Below, one piece after another: positions 11,590 through 26,500 of a stretch of DNA of 64,000 nucleotides; the stretch's first letter is position 1; the number at the start of each line of letters is the position of its first letter. The position numbers were made by a program, and so were the translations under genes. Source of the DNA: Balanoglossus misakiensis (lineage: Eukaryota > Animalia > Hemichordata); assembly GCA_040954595.2 (NCBI GenBank), contig CM082592.2, positions 11,689,912-11,753,911 of the forward strand, written 5' to 3'. The notes beneath the pieces are model-generated. The model was not told the DNA's origin. It searched no databases and saw nothing but the letters and a program-made list of their open reading frames with translations.

Positions 11590-14500
11590 ATGTCCTCGGC
11601 CGAGATGAATTTTGCCTCTCCGGCATACATACTGGGAATAGACTTGGGTACGACGTCCGTCAAAGCAGCTATCATTGACAGCGATACCAAAGAAATCGTG
11701 AATACGGCTTCGCGAGAGACAGGAGCGGGAGTCGGTAGTGAGATAGGGCCGCAGGGAAACGAGCAAGATGCAAGCAAGATCATTCGAGCGTGCTCTATTT
11801 GTGTCTCTGGGCTTCCTAAAAATAACTTGGTCAAAGTGTGCAGCATCGGTATCTCTGGGCAGATGCACGGTTGTCTGCTCTGGAAAAGTGGGAACGGATG
11901 GGCTCAAAGAGGGACGGGCAGATATGATACAGAAAAATGTAGTCAACTGATAACGTGGCAGGATCAGCGATGTACCGGTGAGTTCTTGGCCTCTCTGCCT
12001 ACCCCGAAATCTCATCTCAGATTGGCGACGGGGCACGGATGCGCAACCTTATTTTGGTTGCAAAGAAATCGTCCAGAGATGATCCGAGATTATGATTGTG
12101 CAGGGACAATTCAAGACTTTTTGGTCACGATGTTGTGTGGCCTAGAAAAGCCTGTTATGTCTGTTCACAACGCAGCAAGCTGGGGATATTTCGACACAGT
12201 CAAGAAAGTTTGGAACACGGAGCTGTAAGTACAAAAAGGGATAACACTTTTCAATTTCAGGACAGTTTTTTTCTTCATTTTTGTGAAAGAACGCTATCAA
12301 ACGGGTAAAAAGTTGTAAGCATGTCCATTGCGTCCGACATAGTCAAGAACGCGCCGCTACATGTGCGTGGGAAGAAATGTCGTAACCTAGGAAACAAACT
12401 CAGCTCTGGTTACTCCGAGTCGAATTATATACTCCCGGAATGGAAAACATGTTTTATTAAAGTTTTGGTCGGGGCACTGGTTACAAGTGATCAGTTTTAT
12501 ATTACTCTGATGGTTTCCATGTGAATTATACCCCAAGAATTCGAACAAACTAGTTTTATCAGAGAAAAGTGTGATGCGCTCACCACAGGTTGCAGCCTAC
12601 AACTCTATGGGTGTGCATGACTAGTGTGCATTATATAGAAAGGGCACATACACGAACATGAGTTTATAAAGCAGCATGTATTTCTTGAATGTTGGAAATT
12701 TTTGTGTATTGGTGGAAATAAGTTACCCATAATTAATGGACCTGTCTATAATTTATAAAGGCACTGCCTGCTATAGACACACTATTGTGTGTATATATCC
12801 AAAAGGTGTGCATGTTTTAAGACCTACCAACACTCTGGGTACATTTAATTACAGAATTACATTCCAAATATATAGACCCTCATAAGTTGGGGATTGTTAC
12901 TTCAGTTTGACTACCCAGACATTCCTGTCTACCAGTAAAATATACTAATGTTGCCTTGTGTTACACTAATTAAATTGTACAACTCAGCCATTCTAATGCA
13001 ATGGCAGGTTGACCACTGTGACAGTTGCCAATATTTAGTCAAGTATTTTATAGCAATAGGCAGACTTGCTCATGTTTGGCAGCATATATGGCATTGATTT
13101 TCAATATCAAAGTGCATTTTTCTCTATCCACAATCAGTTGGGGTCAGAGTAAAGCAAAGGTCACATGATACTTTAAGGTCACCAGTGGCTGAGTTACAGA
13201 GGTCATACACCTTTGCAGGTCACATGATCCCCTCTGCATCAAGCTTTTGTATTTCTGATCCCCCCCCCCCCCTGCGGCTTCTGTTTATGAGATCAATAAA
13301 TCAATAACTGGATGATTTAAGGTCCATAACAGGTGCAACTAAAATGTAATAATTAAAGCAGGATTGAAAATTTGCATGTATGTAATGTATAGTTTTACCC
13401 CCCCCCCCCCCCCCCCCATTAAAGAGTCTCTTTTTAAAAGCCAACTGTGTATCGAAGCCTGATTGATCCTTTCAGTTGCGGAAAGGTTAAATTTCTCATT
13501 CCACAAGTTCATCAGATCAACATAGCAGGTGATTGCCTATCAGAGAATGCATCGATTTTTGCCCAAAGTGATGCACGACTGGTTGCTTGTTTAACTTGCT
13601 CCGGGGAGTATGCCAGCCATTGTGGTTAGGTTACCATGACGATGGATGAAGATGTCGATACTTCATTTTCAAGTGCATTAGTGGTCATTATTCCTGATTC
13701 AGTATGATGAATTTCTTTAAACTCTTCAAAGGTCAAAATGACAATTTTTGATACTACTAGCATATTGAATTGTTGGTGATTGGGCCGAAAAAAACTTGTA
13801 CTGCAGCATATAGGTTATATTCCATGATGATTTTCCTGTGGAGAATGAAATTAAATTTTTTTCCCGGGCAGTGATAAATATCAAGTGGGTTCAACAGTTA
13901 CAGTCATCATCGAATGATTTATAGTGAAAACATATTGAACTTTTGGAAATGATGATTGCATGAGCAGAGTGTATGTTGATACCATGTGCTGCTGTATGAC
14001 TCTATGAGTCTCTTGTGGGTCAGGCAAAATGTCAGTATGGTGTTTCCTTGTTTTTCATTCAGTTAATGATAAAATTCTACAGTTCATGAAAAAAGGGCAA
14101 CGCTTGATTTTATGGGACACCGCAGTTGCCACCTGTGACATTTTGGGCATAAACTACTTCAGGTCACTTCGTTGCATGGTAGATGTTTAACATTGAGTGA
14201 GTTTCTCTGTTTCTAGAGTTCAGAGGAGTCTGAAAATTCAGTCAACTGTGAAATGGGTAAACGGAAAATTGAATTGATATGGGACACAAAAATTTCAATC
14301 TGTGTAGGATAAAGTTCACATATCCCACTGCAGTTGGTGTGTTTGCACAGCTGAATTGTACATCACTTAGATGGTGTCAAAAATAGGACATTATTTATGG
14401 CAGAATTATTTTTATTTTTGGTGCAGCAAGCATCTGCTGATGGATTTTCACTAAGTGCAGTTGTGCAAGACCATGTAGATTTGTAATTCATTTCAATGTT

Positions 14501-17500
14501 GTCAGTTACCTATTTGCATCGGCATGAATTAAATGCACATTCACAATCGCCCACGCTATTATGTACGTATGCTTGCTGCATGTGCACAGTTTTTTAAATT
14601 GTAAATTTTTCAATTCCCCTAGCTGCTAAGGATCAAGCCAAAGGGAATTCAAGTTACCTTAATTCCCATGTGGAGCATTAAGAGTTCCAAGAGAGAAAAG
14701 TGCTGCGAGCCATTATGCCTTTCTTTGGCATTGCGAAAAAGACACAGCCAAGATTGTCTCATGCCTAGCTGTACATTTTTCGCTCCCTGAAGGCAAAACA
14801 TGTATGTATGGCTGAGCCACTAGACTTAGGAACAAGAGGCAGGGGAGTGTTGCTACAGATTTGGAAGTCAGTTTCAACATACACACACACTTTGTTTACA
14901 GCCAAGAGTGCCATTTCCAAATAATCATCCCCCAACTAATTTATGAGCATACAACTGGCAGCACTTTGGAGATAGCAAGCAGGTGACTGATAGTTAATGT
15001 TGGCAGTGTTTGCGAGAATGTCACTCATGACTGACAGATCGTGCCTGGGCTATTGTTTATCTGAAGAATATGGCCAGTTGACATACTGACATAAGAAACT
15101 TGTGTGCTGTCCTCAACAACAGACGAGATGGTGGCGACCATACCGGGGTAGTCTGTGGTGGAGATAGGTAAAAGACAGCAAATCGGGTGAAAAGAAATAA
15201 CTAAAGTCTACATATACGATGTGCGTGAATTCGATGATCGTCAGCCTTTAAACTGCAGATTAAAGTGAAGACGCAGACTATAAATCAAACCCCAAGGGAA
15301 GATTTTTTAGCCATGGCTGGGTCTTAGCCGGTTGTAACTTAATGTGAACTACTCTATTGACTGATTAAACGATAAATCAATTATTGCAGACAGTTTTATG
15401 GGCGTAATCTACTTGAGAAAGCCACCAAGGGGATTTTTCGTAATTAGATGGTCATCAATTAAAACGATCTCCTTGAAGTACCCAGGATAGAGACAGGGCT
15501 GTCTATAAATATTAGAATAACTGTAATTAAATGTAATGTCCCGTTGCTGGCTGTGAAACTATTCTGAATCAGTATCCAAGTCTGAAGTCTTCATGCGCGA
15601 AGTTACCAATGAGAGAACTGAATTTTTTTGTGCAACAGAAAAAATAATAAAAGGCATTTTAACTCATTTGTACACCAACATTGTTTTTGAATCAGAGAAG
15701 GGGGTACATAAAAAACGATATTGTGTGGTTCCGATGTATACAAGATGAGAGTTTGGTTAAAATACACATGGGTACCCTAGGGTTATTTTTTTTATCTTCA
15801 AATATGATTGATATGGGTTCCTCAGCAAGGTATGGGAAAATTAATACTGAATTTTTATGTGTGCACTGTAGGTGCTTAAAGCCACTATTGCAATAAAAAA
15901 TATTCATATCCGAGCCGGGTTTTTTAAGTTGTCTTTGCCGCTCTCATAAAGTACATTTGTTCTGGTTCAGCGATGTCTTTACGAGGCCATCTCTAATCTC
16001 TGTAAATCTGCAGAATTTCCTCCTCTCTAATAGGTTCTGTTTGTCTCATTCTAGTTTTAATCAGGGAAGCCTCGCAAAATGCCGATGGTTAATCTCTTTA
16101 TATTACGTTATCTCTTGTTACAAAGGGCAGCTCCCTAAATCCTTGCGATCTGTTTGTCTGTTTCCACTGGTAACCATCGAATCCAACTTTAAGATCTCGA
16201 TCCAGCTGTCTCGGAAAAGCTGAAGGATTATGTTCAATTTAAAGGGCTGACTGTTTAGTGCCTTAACTGGTTCTATAAAAGAGTGAAGTTCTTGAAATAT
16301 AATACATTTGAAAAATACATTCAGTTGTTAAATTGAATGATATACGTGAAAATTAATCAGTAAGGGCTTAACTCTTTGAGAAGTACTGCAGCACAATTTT
16401 AGCCTGAAGACAAATTGATTGTTGTATGGAGATCAGCCCTCATGTTGCTGGGTTCTTTATAGACCTTTTGAAATGATGTGTTGAATGGAAAAAATCTAGT
16501 ACAACTTTCTTTTAACACATACTCTGCTTACAAATCCACTGTCTCTACACCTAATATTTACCAAACATCTCAGCATTTCAGAAATGATTGTAGTTGCACT
16601 AGGGAAAATATGACACCATCTGAAAAATGCAAAAAGTTTCACCTGCCGCGCCAGACTTCCTGAGAAAATTCCAGCATCACATGTCACAAACACCGGAGTA
16701 ATGAGCCCAAGGAATGGCTTATTTGTGAGAGTCACCGGAATCCTAGATTTCCGGCATTGATTCACGCTGAATCCCATGGCAATTAGCAGCACAGTGTGTC
16801 AATTATTACTCTTTTATGCAGTTTAAAGTTGTGCGTGTATTTTTAAGGCCCATTCAATGAAGTGCTGTCAGTTAGGAAGTAAAGACGTAGAATGGTTATG
16901 GGGTGTTATTTTTGTTGCACATCATATAGCAGGCGTAAAATATACGTTTATCAGTCAGAGATAAAAATGGGAAAGTTTAAAAACTTGAAACATTCTTATT
17001 ATTATCAAATTGTCTAGCTTGGAATTCTCAGTATGTGTTAACCCATGCCATTGGTTTCCAGCCTCGGAAAGTATACGTTTAGAGGTGACACAAAACCTCT
17101 TGGACATTAAACACACATATGCCATTATGTACCTTTATAGCTAGGAATTATATGTCTCTAATGTCTTGTGATACGAAGGTAGAATCGTCTATTTTACAGT
17201 CTTTGCACAAACAGCAAGAGAAGAATGAACACCTGTCAATCCTATAAATCCACCCAGTGGCGTACTTTAATCCAAATATAACAAACCTGTATTAATTTAT
17301 TATCTGATTACTAAAGACTGGCATTCTTTAGTACCTGGGTGTTAGCAGTTCTCCCAAGACAGGTAGAATCCGAAATACCCTCTAAATAATTCAAAGTGAG
17401 CAGAGAATCTGTCTTTGTGGAATTGTATATTTCCGTGGTTACACGTTCTAACATCCTGAGGACAAATTCTGCCGTTTTCTGAGTGGGATGCACAGTCAAT

Positions 17501-20500
17501 GCAGTCATTAGAGATTCTGTGTCATGTTCAACCATTGAAATCTTTGGTTACAGTGCAGCGTGTCATTAAAGGGAAATAAAAACCTACCCTGTTGTGATAT
17601 TTGCATTTGTGCGAATGAAGACCCCTGCCTGCGAGTGAACCTTTCAACGATACTTGCTAGAAATGAATATTTTATGATAAAATGCACACAAAGATGAAAG
17701 TAGCCCATTTTCCAGTAAGAGGGTCATATAGGTTATAAAGATATGTAAAGTCCAACTATATGACAAACATCCCCCTTCAAAGACAATTGAAGTCATCTTT
17801 ATTTAAGGATCCTTTTGGGGATTTTAGTTGGAAAATAATTTCTTGGAACCAAACTATCTGGTCTCAATTTTGTCGTACCCATGGTGACGATTAGTATTCA
17901 ATTTAAAGAGCAGAATAAATTGCCTCAGAAAATGTCATGGTTACGACGAAGCCACCTGAGTTTCTCTTCAAGGATAATTATGCAAGACATCAACTAGATA
18001 ATAAAGAAGTGCCATTTTGAACTCTAAGGAGGAATATTTCCCAAGATCTGCCAGTTTGGGATGAATATCCATCGACGCACACATATCGGAAATGAAAGTT
18101 GCTGAGAAATAATTGCTCTCTGAGGGAAGTGCATTCCAGATGCCTTAATCAGTAGTGATAAAACTCTGTCCGGTGCAGATACTGTGCAGGGTTTTTCACC
18201 ACTATAGTGATAAGTCTGGCAACATTTCTCATCTGATAGTGAGTTTTATATGTCAGTGAATTTCCACTCATAAATATCAATGTGATAAAACTGCCAAAGA
18301 GATAAAACTGCCAAAGATTTCTGCAGAGAAGTAATCTTGTGTTCAAGCACCCTGTCACGAACCAAGAAGGGTACCTGCATGCTACCAACAACAAGTTTCT
18401 ATTTATATTGCAAGGACCTTGTCAGTCTTTTGATACCTGGTATTGATACGATGGAGAATAAGAGCTTATTGATTTGCTGTATCGATGTCAAGTAAATATG
18501 GCATTTGGAATCAATACTGATTGATTTTATTGACTCTTTGATAATTAAAAGTGCCACCATCAATGATAACATAATTAATCAGCTTTTCAAATTACATGCT
18601 GAATTCTATCCTTTGGAGAGTTATTAAAAGTTATATCAAATGTGAAAGTTGAGGCCACAATCTTCAGTGAATATGTTTGATGCAATCATACAGTCATGCT
18701 AAATTTCATAACCTGCTCGAATCTGACATTAATACTGAGTAAGATATGCAAACAAACAGGCAGATGGCCGGCAGGTACAACTGAATCCAGAATCATCCCA
18801 AATTGGGTGTTTTTTAACATTATTGCACAAAATGGATGCAAACGCATTTATTGACTATTGATTGAAAAGAATTGACAGATTGAAATGGAAACTCTGAGAT
18901 ACTGATTGACGTTCTATTCATCAAAGTATGTGCGTTTAAATGATAGCAACTGAGGTTTGCCAACAATGCCGGTAGAATTAAGATAAATTCAGAATTGGCA
19001 GTTGCTATGGTTACTCTACAGTCATCACATCAAATGTTCCAATAAAGTTGAATACAAAACAAGGTCAGTGGAAGTTTGATAGTACTGCATCCAATTACCA
19101 GAGAATAAGTGTCTATTATCCAAAATGTTGGCGGTTTTCTTATTTGCTTCCTGTTTTTCCACTTTTTGCTTTTTCTCATGGTTTCTGTTCCTTGCGGTTT
19201 AGTATAAGAGTCATTGACCTGTCTCCCTTTACAGTGGCACACTGGGAAAGCCAATTCAACAACCATTTTCAACAGAACAAAAGACGAACAATCGGAACCC
19301 AGAAATTTGATCAGTACTGTGTATATTTACAATGTAGGCATTCTTTGTTTGTCCTCGGATTCTTTAGGGTTTTCCAGCAAACTAGCTACTGTATAGGCAG
19401 CATATTTATTTTCAAATGTAGAACTCCAAAAAATAGCTTGAACACCCCGGAACATCACAGAGAAAAATGCAAGGTTTGAGAGGGGGGGGGGGGGGGGGTT
19501 CCCTCGCCTACTGTACACATTATTGAGATTAAAGCTCTCAGAAAACAATATGCAAACGATGAAGTTACAGGTGTACAATTGTAATGGAATTCCAAATGAC
19601 CTCCATTCCATAATTAGCTTGATCTATAGACAAACCTTTGTTGATATTGTCTGCACCAGTGAACTTTGAAGGACAACTGGTTTCAGCAAATCAACATAAA
19701 ACTGTAATCACACGTTTCCATCTGTACTTTTGTCCTTCAATCCACTCCAAAAATTGGCTATGTTCCATACCGGTACATCACAACATGAATAATTATGTTA
19801 GAAGCATAGAAGTTTAATGAATTGAGCAGAACTAACATATACATTGTAGCTGCCCTGAGGGCAGACCATGAGGCCACGGATTCTTAAAATGTGAATATGA
19901 AGTACACATCTGCCCGATCTGCACTGTATACTAGTATATCATTGTAGGCATGGCAACAGTACAGTCCTGAATGACAGCTGATTATTCAGCATCTGTTTTG
20001 ATTATGAAAAATAATATCTGAAATGTCAAACGTTGGTGATTTTGGCCCCATGTCTCATGAAAATCGCAGACACTCAGTCTGGGTCTGTGAATCCTTCTCC
20101 CAGAAGGGATTACTTGCTCATCAGGAAAGATAGAAGTATAGTGCTCGGAAGTTACAGGTAGACGTATCCAGTTCAGAATGACAATATATACTATCTGCAG
20201 ATGAAAGTGGATTAAAACTGTGAAGCATGACCTCTCTGTGTGGATTCTCATCACAGACTGTGGCTGAAATTCGATTCTCCCAGTATGAGAAACCTATCTG
20301 ATTCTCATTTACTCTATCCAATCTTTCTTGGAAAACAATAGGGCTCACCCCAAATGAAAGCATTGGGGAAAAAGATGCTGTGTTTTTTGCATGTGACAGA
20401 GGCCTTCACCCTTCAGGGAACTGCAGAGAAATGTTCAGCTGGGTTTTTTTTCTTCTTGCGATCTTGTGATAAGAACCAGCGGCAACAAGGCACTGCTCTC

Positions 20501-23500
20501 TTCAGCTCGGTGATAAAATTTTACTTGCACTTATTCCCTGATGTTGATATTAAAATGGATACCTATAAACTATATGGATGCTAAGAATTTTTCTCCAGCC
20601 GAGATTTGTATGTATGTCCAGAATTTAACAATGAGTGCTTAAATTGAATGTGTAGTTTTCCAACTCTGCTTGAAAGCTTTTATGTGGCCATTATGTCTAC
20701 TTAGTGAATATAGATACTTGAAGATTTCTTCTAAGATTTGAATATTCTAAACACATAAAAGGTGTTCAAACTTTTATGTACACCATGGTATCCTGCAAAA
20801 AGTCAAACAAATTAGTGTTTTATAATGGTGTGTTTGTTAGAACACTATTTTGGTGTAACTTTGGATGAATTTGTGAGTTTTTAAGTCACGCCATGATGCT
20901 ACCAAAATTGTTCATGATGTAAATGAATGTTGCAGTTTAATTGTTATATTTCATCAATGAGAACTGTATCAGCCCTATCTCCAGGGTTGATTTGCATGCT
21001 GCTGTTCGAGGTACATTATTTAACTTCTCTCTAATAAAAAAAAAACGTGTATTCTCATTTCAGAATCAGATTCCAGTAATGATGGCAATATGGGGAAAAT
21101 AGTTCTTTTGTCAGACTCTGGGAATAGATGTGATATTCAATGTACCGCATTACTTTGTAAGAATTATGTGTGTCTTGATTGTTGTATTAAAGGTAAAGAA
21201 TTCAGATCCCTCAGATCCCTTTTTGTTTGTGAAAGTTACCCACTAGGCATTTATTCCACTCACAAAATATTTCATCAATGCAACCATTGAAATTTAGCAC
21301 CAATGTTTCTAATCAAAAGATGTTCCAGTATAAAGTGTCTGAATACCCGTGTGCCCCTCTTAATCTTGCTGAGATAGTTATGCCGTCAGCGATGTGTTGA
21401 AGACTCCAGGAACAGTAATTTGCACAGTGCATCGTCACGGTTTAACACTCTCACTCAGGATTGAGTGCAAGTTGCCGACTCGACCTAAACCTGTTACTAT
21501 GGATCCTGTTCAGTTGAAAATCTTGGAGAGGACACTTACCAGCCATCGAGAAAATCTTCAGTTCAAATTGGTGCATTGCAGAGCGTCTCCCAGCATAAGA
21601 AAAACAGTGTGGATATCTTCCACATGATGAATTCCTTCTGTCTCAATACAGCAGTCATAATTATTCCAGCTTTTAGAGCTTTTATTTTAGGAAAGGATAC
21701 AATATTTCCTAATAGTAGAACAAGACACACAAAACAGAAGTTGCACAAAGTGACAGCTGTGTCTCAATATATAAGTTCTCTAAATCTTGGCGTTTTCTTT
21801 TCAGAATCTACTGTCAGATGCAGTTGTTATCTGTGATCTTGAACAGATGCAAAATACTTGTCCTCAGTTGGTCATCCAATGAATTTTCATCAGTCAATCG
21901 TGCCAGCGATCTCCTGCAGCTTGATGCTAACAGTAAAAAAAATGTATTCCCAATTCACTTGTGAAAGGGTTTGCCAGACTAAATGTTAGCTGTAATTGTT
22001 AATTTAGCTCAGCTGTTCAGGATAGACAGAACACTTTATCTTAATTATTGTAATGGGTTGTCCACAATGAGTTCAAAGTCAATACATTAAAGTGTCAGGC
22101 AGTTCAGTGAAATCCCTATGACAAATCGTATATCAAGTTGTTTCATAGTTGAGTCACGAAGTTAGACTACTGATGTTGAAGGTTGCACTTCACGAATGAT
22201 AATCCCGTATTGCTTTGAAAGGTATAATCAGTGTGACGGATCAACCAGCATCTATCCAATTAGCCAATCTGACAAAACACTCGGGTTGTGAACTTAGGTG
22301 ACCTGCTTGTTTGTTGGCTGTCTCAGCTGTCCTGAGATGTGTGAGGTCTTCGAAGCTGGCGTTTTGTGAAGCTTCCGAAATGTTAGAAAAACCTTGGTAG
22401 CGAAAATTTGCAACCACATCTCACAGAGATAGTCTGTTCACATACTCTAAAGCACCCAGTCACATCTTGCAAATAAAATGTATTTACCATAAATACAGAA
22501 GATTTAGTTCCAAGTCATAAAAACCACTAATTTACTGCTGACAAGTGGCCCTGCTCATTCAAATCCATAAAAGAACAAACTAGAGCGGCTGGCATGAAAT
22601 TTTATTTCTGTTCGTGGGGTTTGAAACAGATGTGATAAATCTACTGTTGAAGCTGGTGATAAATTACAATTCTTTACTATCAATCACGTGATCTGGCAAT
22701 GCGTCACATGGCGCAGTCATTTCCAGATGACGGGCAAGCAATATTTCGGCATCCAGTAAAAGTTTTTCCGAGTATGTTTTTACTTTAGAACCGCCAAACA
22801 CATAACATGTATCGGGTATGTTGTCTCATCAGCCTCATTGCATTTCGTCTGCACAGTCTTTGTCTGCACCACGTAAGTCCACGTTGCTGAAGTTGCCCGT
22901 CATCTGGAAATTTGAATGCGAACGTAACTGCCACCTGAACGCGTTTGACGTCATTTGATAGCGAAGAATTGCTATATTTACAGCGTAGATTTTTCACATG
23001 TATGCTCCATTAGGTTCTGTTTAGGACACACAACATTTGATGATGGGAATAAACTCTATCTTCACCTGGCATCATGGTCTCTTTGCTCTCCGAGACTCAG
23101 TAGTCGAGCTAAACGACTCATGCGAACAGATAAAAAATAATCTCTAGCTATGGGTAGATGTGAGACTTTGGTTTTAACCTATACGCACATGGTTGATGTG
23201 AATTGTGGTTGTCAAAAGCATCAGGAGACCGTACGCCACTTGAATTTTAATTAAATATGTACATGTATAATTATATTACACAACAAAATCAGTTCAATAT
23301 TACAATATAGGTCATTTTGCCATTCTATTTCACATGTAATGAATTCCAGAATCAGAATCCCCAATTTTGTAATCCTTTGTGAGGTCTCATACCAATCAAT
23401 TCAGTGACCAGAAACACAAAAAGCATGATCCGACTTCTTGTAATATTGCCAGAAGCACGTTTTGTGATTTGGAGCAGAAAATGGCAAGAGGCGTAACGGT

Positions 23501-26500
23501 CTTCTGTATCAATATTTACCTCTGGCGTGCACACACTGTACTTAAATCAGAAATCATATGCTTTGAGGCATCATAAATCCCAGGAGATTCTTTTTCCTGA
23601 ATTGGCAAAATCTCTTTGTGCCCTGAACTAGCTGTGAAACACAGAATTCTTCTTGCCAGTTTTGTTACTTATCTTTTTCCCATAGAAACCATAATAGAAC
23701 AGCACATTGCAGTATTCTTTCCCGATCGAATCATCTCAAGAAAATTAATTTCAAAGAGGAATGGCCTTAATATGTTGCTCAATGGTGTTCATTTAACAAG
23801 GAAATCCATTCTCGAAATACCCAAAAAATGATTGGCTATTAATCAGTAAAGCAAAAGTCGGAGCTACAAAGATAGCATAGAGCATGCATGTCAGTTTTGA
23901 ATAAATAGCGCAGGAGTTTGGAATGATGGAGTTCACTCGGGGATACAACAGAAAGTTCTCTGACTGACCCTTTTTGGATGAGATGAGAGAACCCTGTAAT
24001 AGGAGTCTTTTTAGGTGATTACCTCAGATAATTGAAAGTATATACAATTACACGTGCATCGTATTACCTGTACTGCCATTTTGATCAATTTGATAGTCAT
24101 TCTGCTCTTGTTTGCCCTTTTTTCTTTCGTTTTGTTGGCTAATGACTAGAATATCATGAATGTAAGAATGTCAGCCAGCCATTACTGTCAGACGTTAGAT
24201 GTTTAGATGAAATTGTTGATCACCATGGAATCCTCAGTGGTTAAAGACAATATCTATTCGCAGATCTTTCATGCCCTAATGCTCAAATCAGAGGCAGTGT
24301 TTTAAAGAGCCATCTGGTATCTTTTGTCTTTTTTTTCTAATGGAAATTTTGTTTGTTGCAGCAGCCTTCAATGCCTCTTCAAAGGTTCAGTGATAATATA
24401 GTCCATGAATGTGTGCAGTTATATTTTGGCGATGTTCCGAGAACGCCACATCTTTGCGTGTTCGCTCAAGGAGTACTCCTACTTAACAGAGACATAGCAG
24501 AGACAACCCCTGTGATGTTGATTACAAAGTGGCTATCTTGTCCAGTAATTGAATTGGACGGTGCAACTCAAGGTTCATTACACTGTGATTGTTTGGAGGA
24601 TGAATACACCATTTCCCCATTTCCGAGGGAAAGTGACACACAACTGTCTTTATTGCTTTATTTGTGACAGGACTGCACATTTTAGGGTGCATTGTACTCT
24701 GAGCTGCTTTCATGCAGATTTTTCCGTTCACGAGATAGCATCTCAGTAATCATCTAATGATGGATATTAATCCCCTCTCGAATTTTGACCTGCATGTTTC
24801 ACAATGTGAGAGTGAAATTCTGCTGATAGAAAGAAGATATTTAGGTCATGCGGCCACAGCGCGAGCATGTGCTCACATGCTGTGTGCTCTTTATACACAG
24901 GTTCCATACATATTTCAGATCGGTATTGGCAACATCACGGGATAGCATTTGTAGCACGCGTCATAATGGCAGCTGTCGACACGATGTAGTGTTGGCATTT
25001 CAGCTAATCTGACAAGTTAGATGAAACGGAAAGATTCACAGGTGTAATCAAAGTGCGATAGTGTCAGTTTTGATCAGCGAAGAGTTGCAGCTAATGTTGT
25101 ACTCAAGCAGTAAGGGTCATTGGATATGGCAATGTGGATCACCATTCAAACATGTAGCATGTCATTAGGTCTGGCAGTCGAATGTGTAGATATGGCAACA
25201 GAGCAGTGGGGTAAAGTCACTGTCCATGGTTTCATTTCAACGAAAATCAAAAGTTCTCAAATTGTTTACAGCAAGAGTGAAATTTGGTGACCAGGTCTAT
25301 ATTTAAAACCATTGTAATATTTGTTGAATTAACTCATCCATGATTGTTTGGATTGCTTATAACCAAAGAATTTATTTTTCATTGAATTGGAGTTTTCTTT
25401 CAGCCAAGGCCTGCATAATAAACGTCCAAGAACATGCTGCTGTATATATCTTATGTGAATATAACAGCTGTATGTCAGCTAGAGTTCAATGCATTGTGCA
25501 CGCTGCTTGAAGAATTGTAAAACTAACAACCCATGAAGCAATGATGTACTGCCTCATAAAGACCCAGCCAACATATTTAATGGAAAAACAAGTTTAATAC
25601 ACGTATGAAGTATAAATAATAGATTGGTTCTATTTGCAAAGTTCCCAATTTAGACATTCAAAGTACGTGTATATCATCATATCCATAAATTTAGATATCT
25701 GTCATGGAAATGGATGATGTTGAGTGTCTTGTTTAGCCTGTGGCTAATTTATATTAAAATTTCATTGAGATCATAATGTTTCTGCAACATACAACGTTCC
25801 TGTTGAAGTTATATTGAAGTAGCTGGCACACATAAATCAGGACTATACATGTCCAGCATTGAGTTGATAATTGAGGGAACTCACAGGCTCCTGATCACCC
25901 CAAGGTTTCACAGCAGAAAAATAAAAACCACAATGTAGAGCTGGAACAATCATCATCAGAGTGGTCCTGTCCCAAATGTGTGATTCCAATAATGTACTCT
26001 TCAAAAATAGAAAAACATGTATAGTGTTTTGAAAGCAACCAAAAATAGAATTAGGACAGCCAATGTCATTGTAACAGTCGATCCCTGCTCTTTTTTACAT
26101 CTCAGATTTTTTTTACTTTCATGATTATTTTCATATAAATTACTGCCAATATTTCGTTTAAAATAATTGTATAACTTTTGTAAGATTACGTCAAATCTGC
26201 TGTTGTGAAAATTGTTCACTCATGCATTGCAATTGTTGTGCGTGCGTAAAAGTATCACTTAAATTTCATGATATCAGAATTTCTTCCGTAAAACCCAGTG
26301 AAGTGGAAAAGCCATGGTGTATCAATTTTTACACTTTTGTCAGAATGAATCCCGGGTAATGGAACTCAACTACAGATGGCTGATATGCCTGCAGCTTTTG
26401 ACGTTTCTGACTGTCTTCACGTTCAGGGGTTTTCATCCTTAAGTTTCATACGCAGAATGAATTACAGCAGTGAAATATCTTTTTGAATGATGTTCGGCAA

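Noticed and set aside
11106-12036. Two long minus-strand ORFs (246 and 202 aa)
   Set aside because: Antisense shadows of SHPK exon 1 and its promoter; no motifs.
18284-18317. 17-bp direct tandem duplication gataaaactgccaaaga
   Set aside because: Ordinary slippage duplication in an intron.
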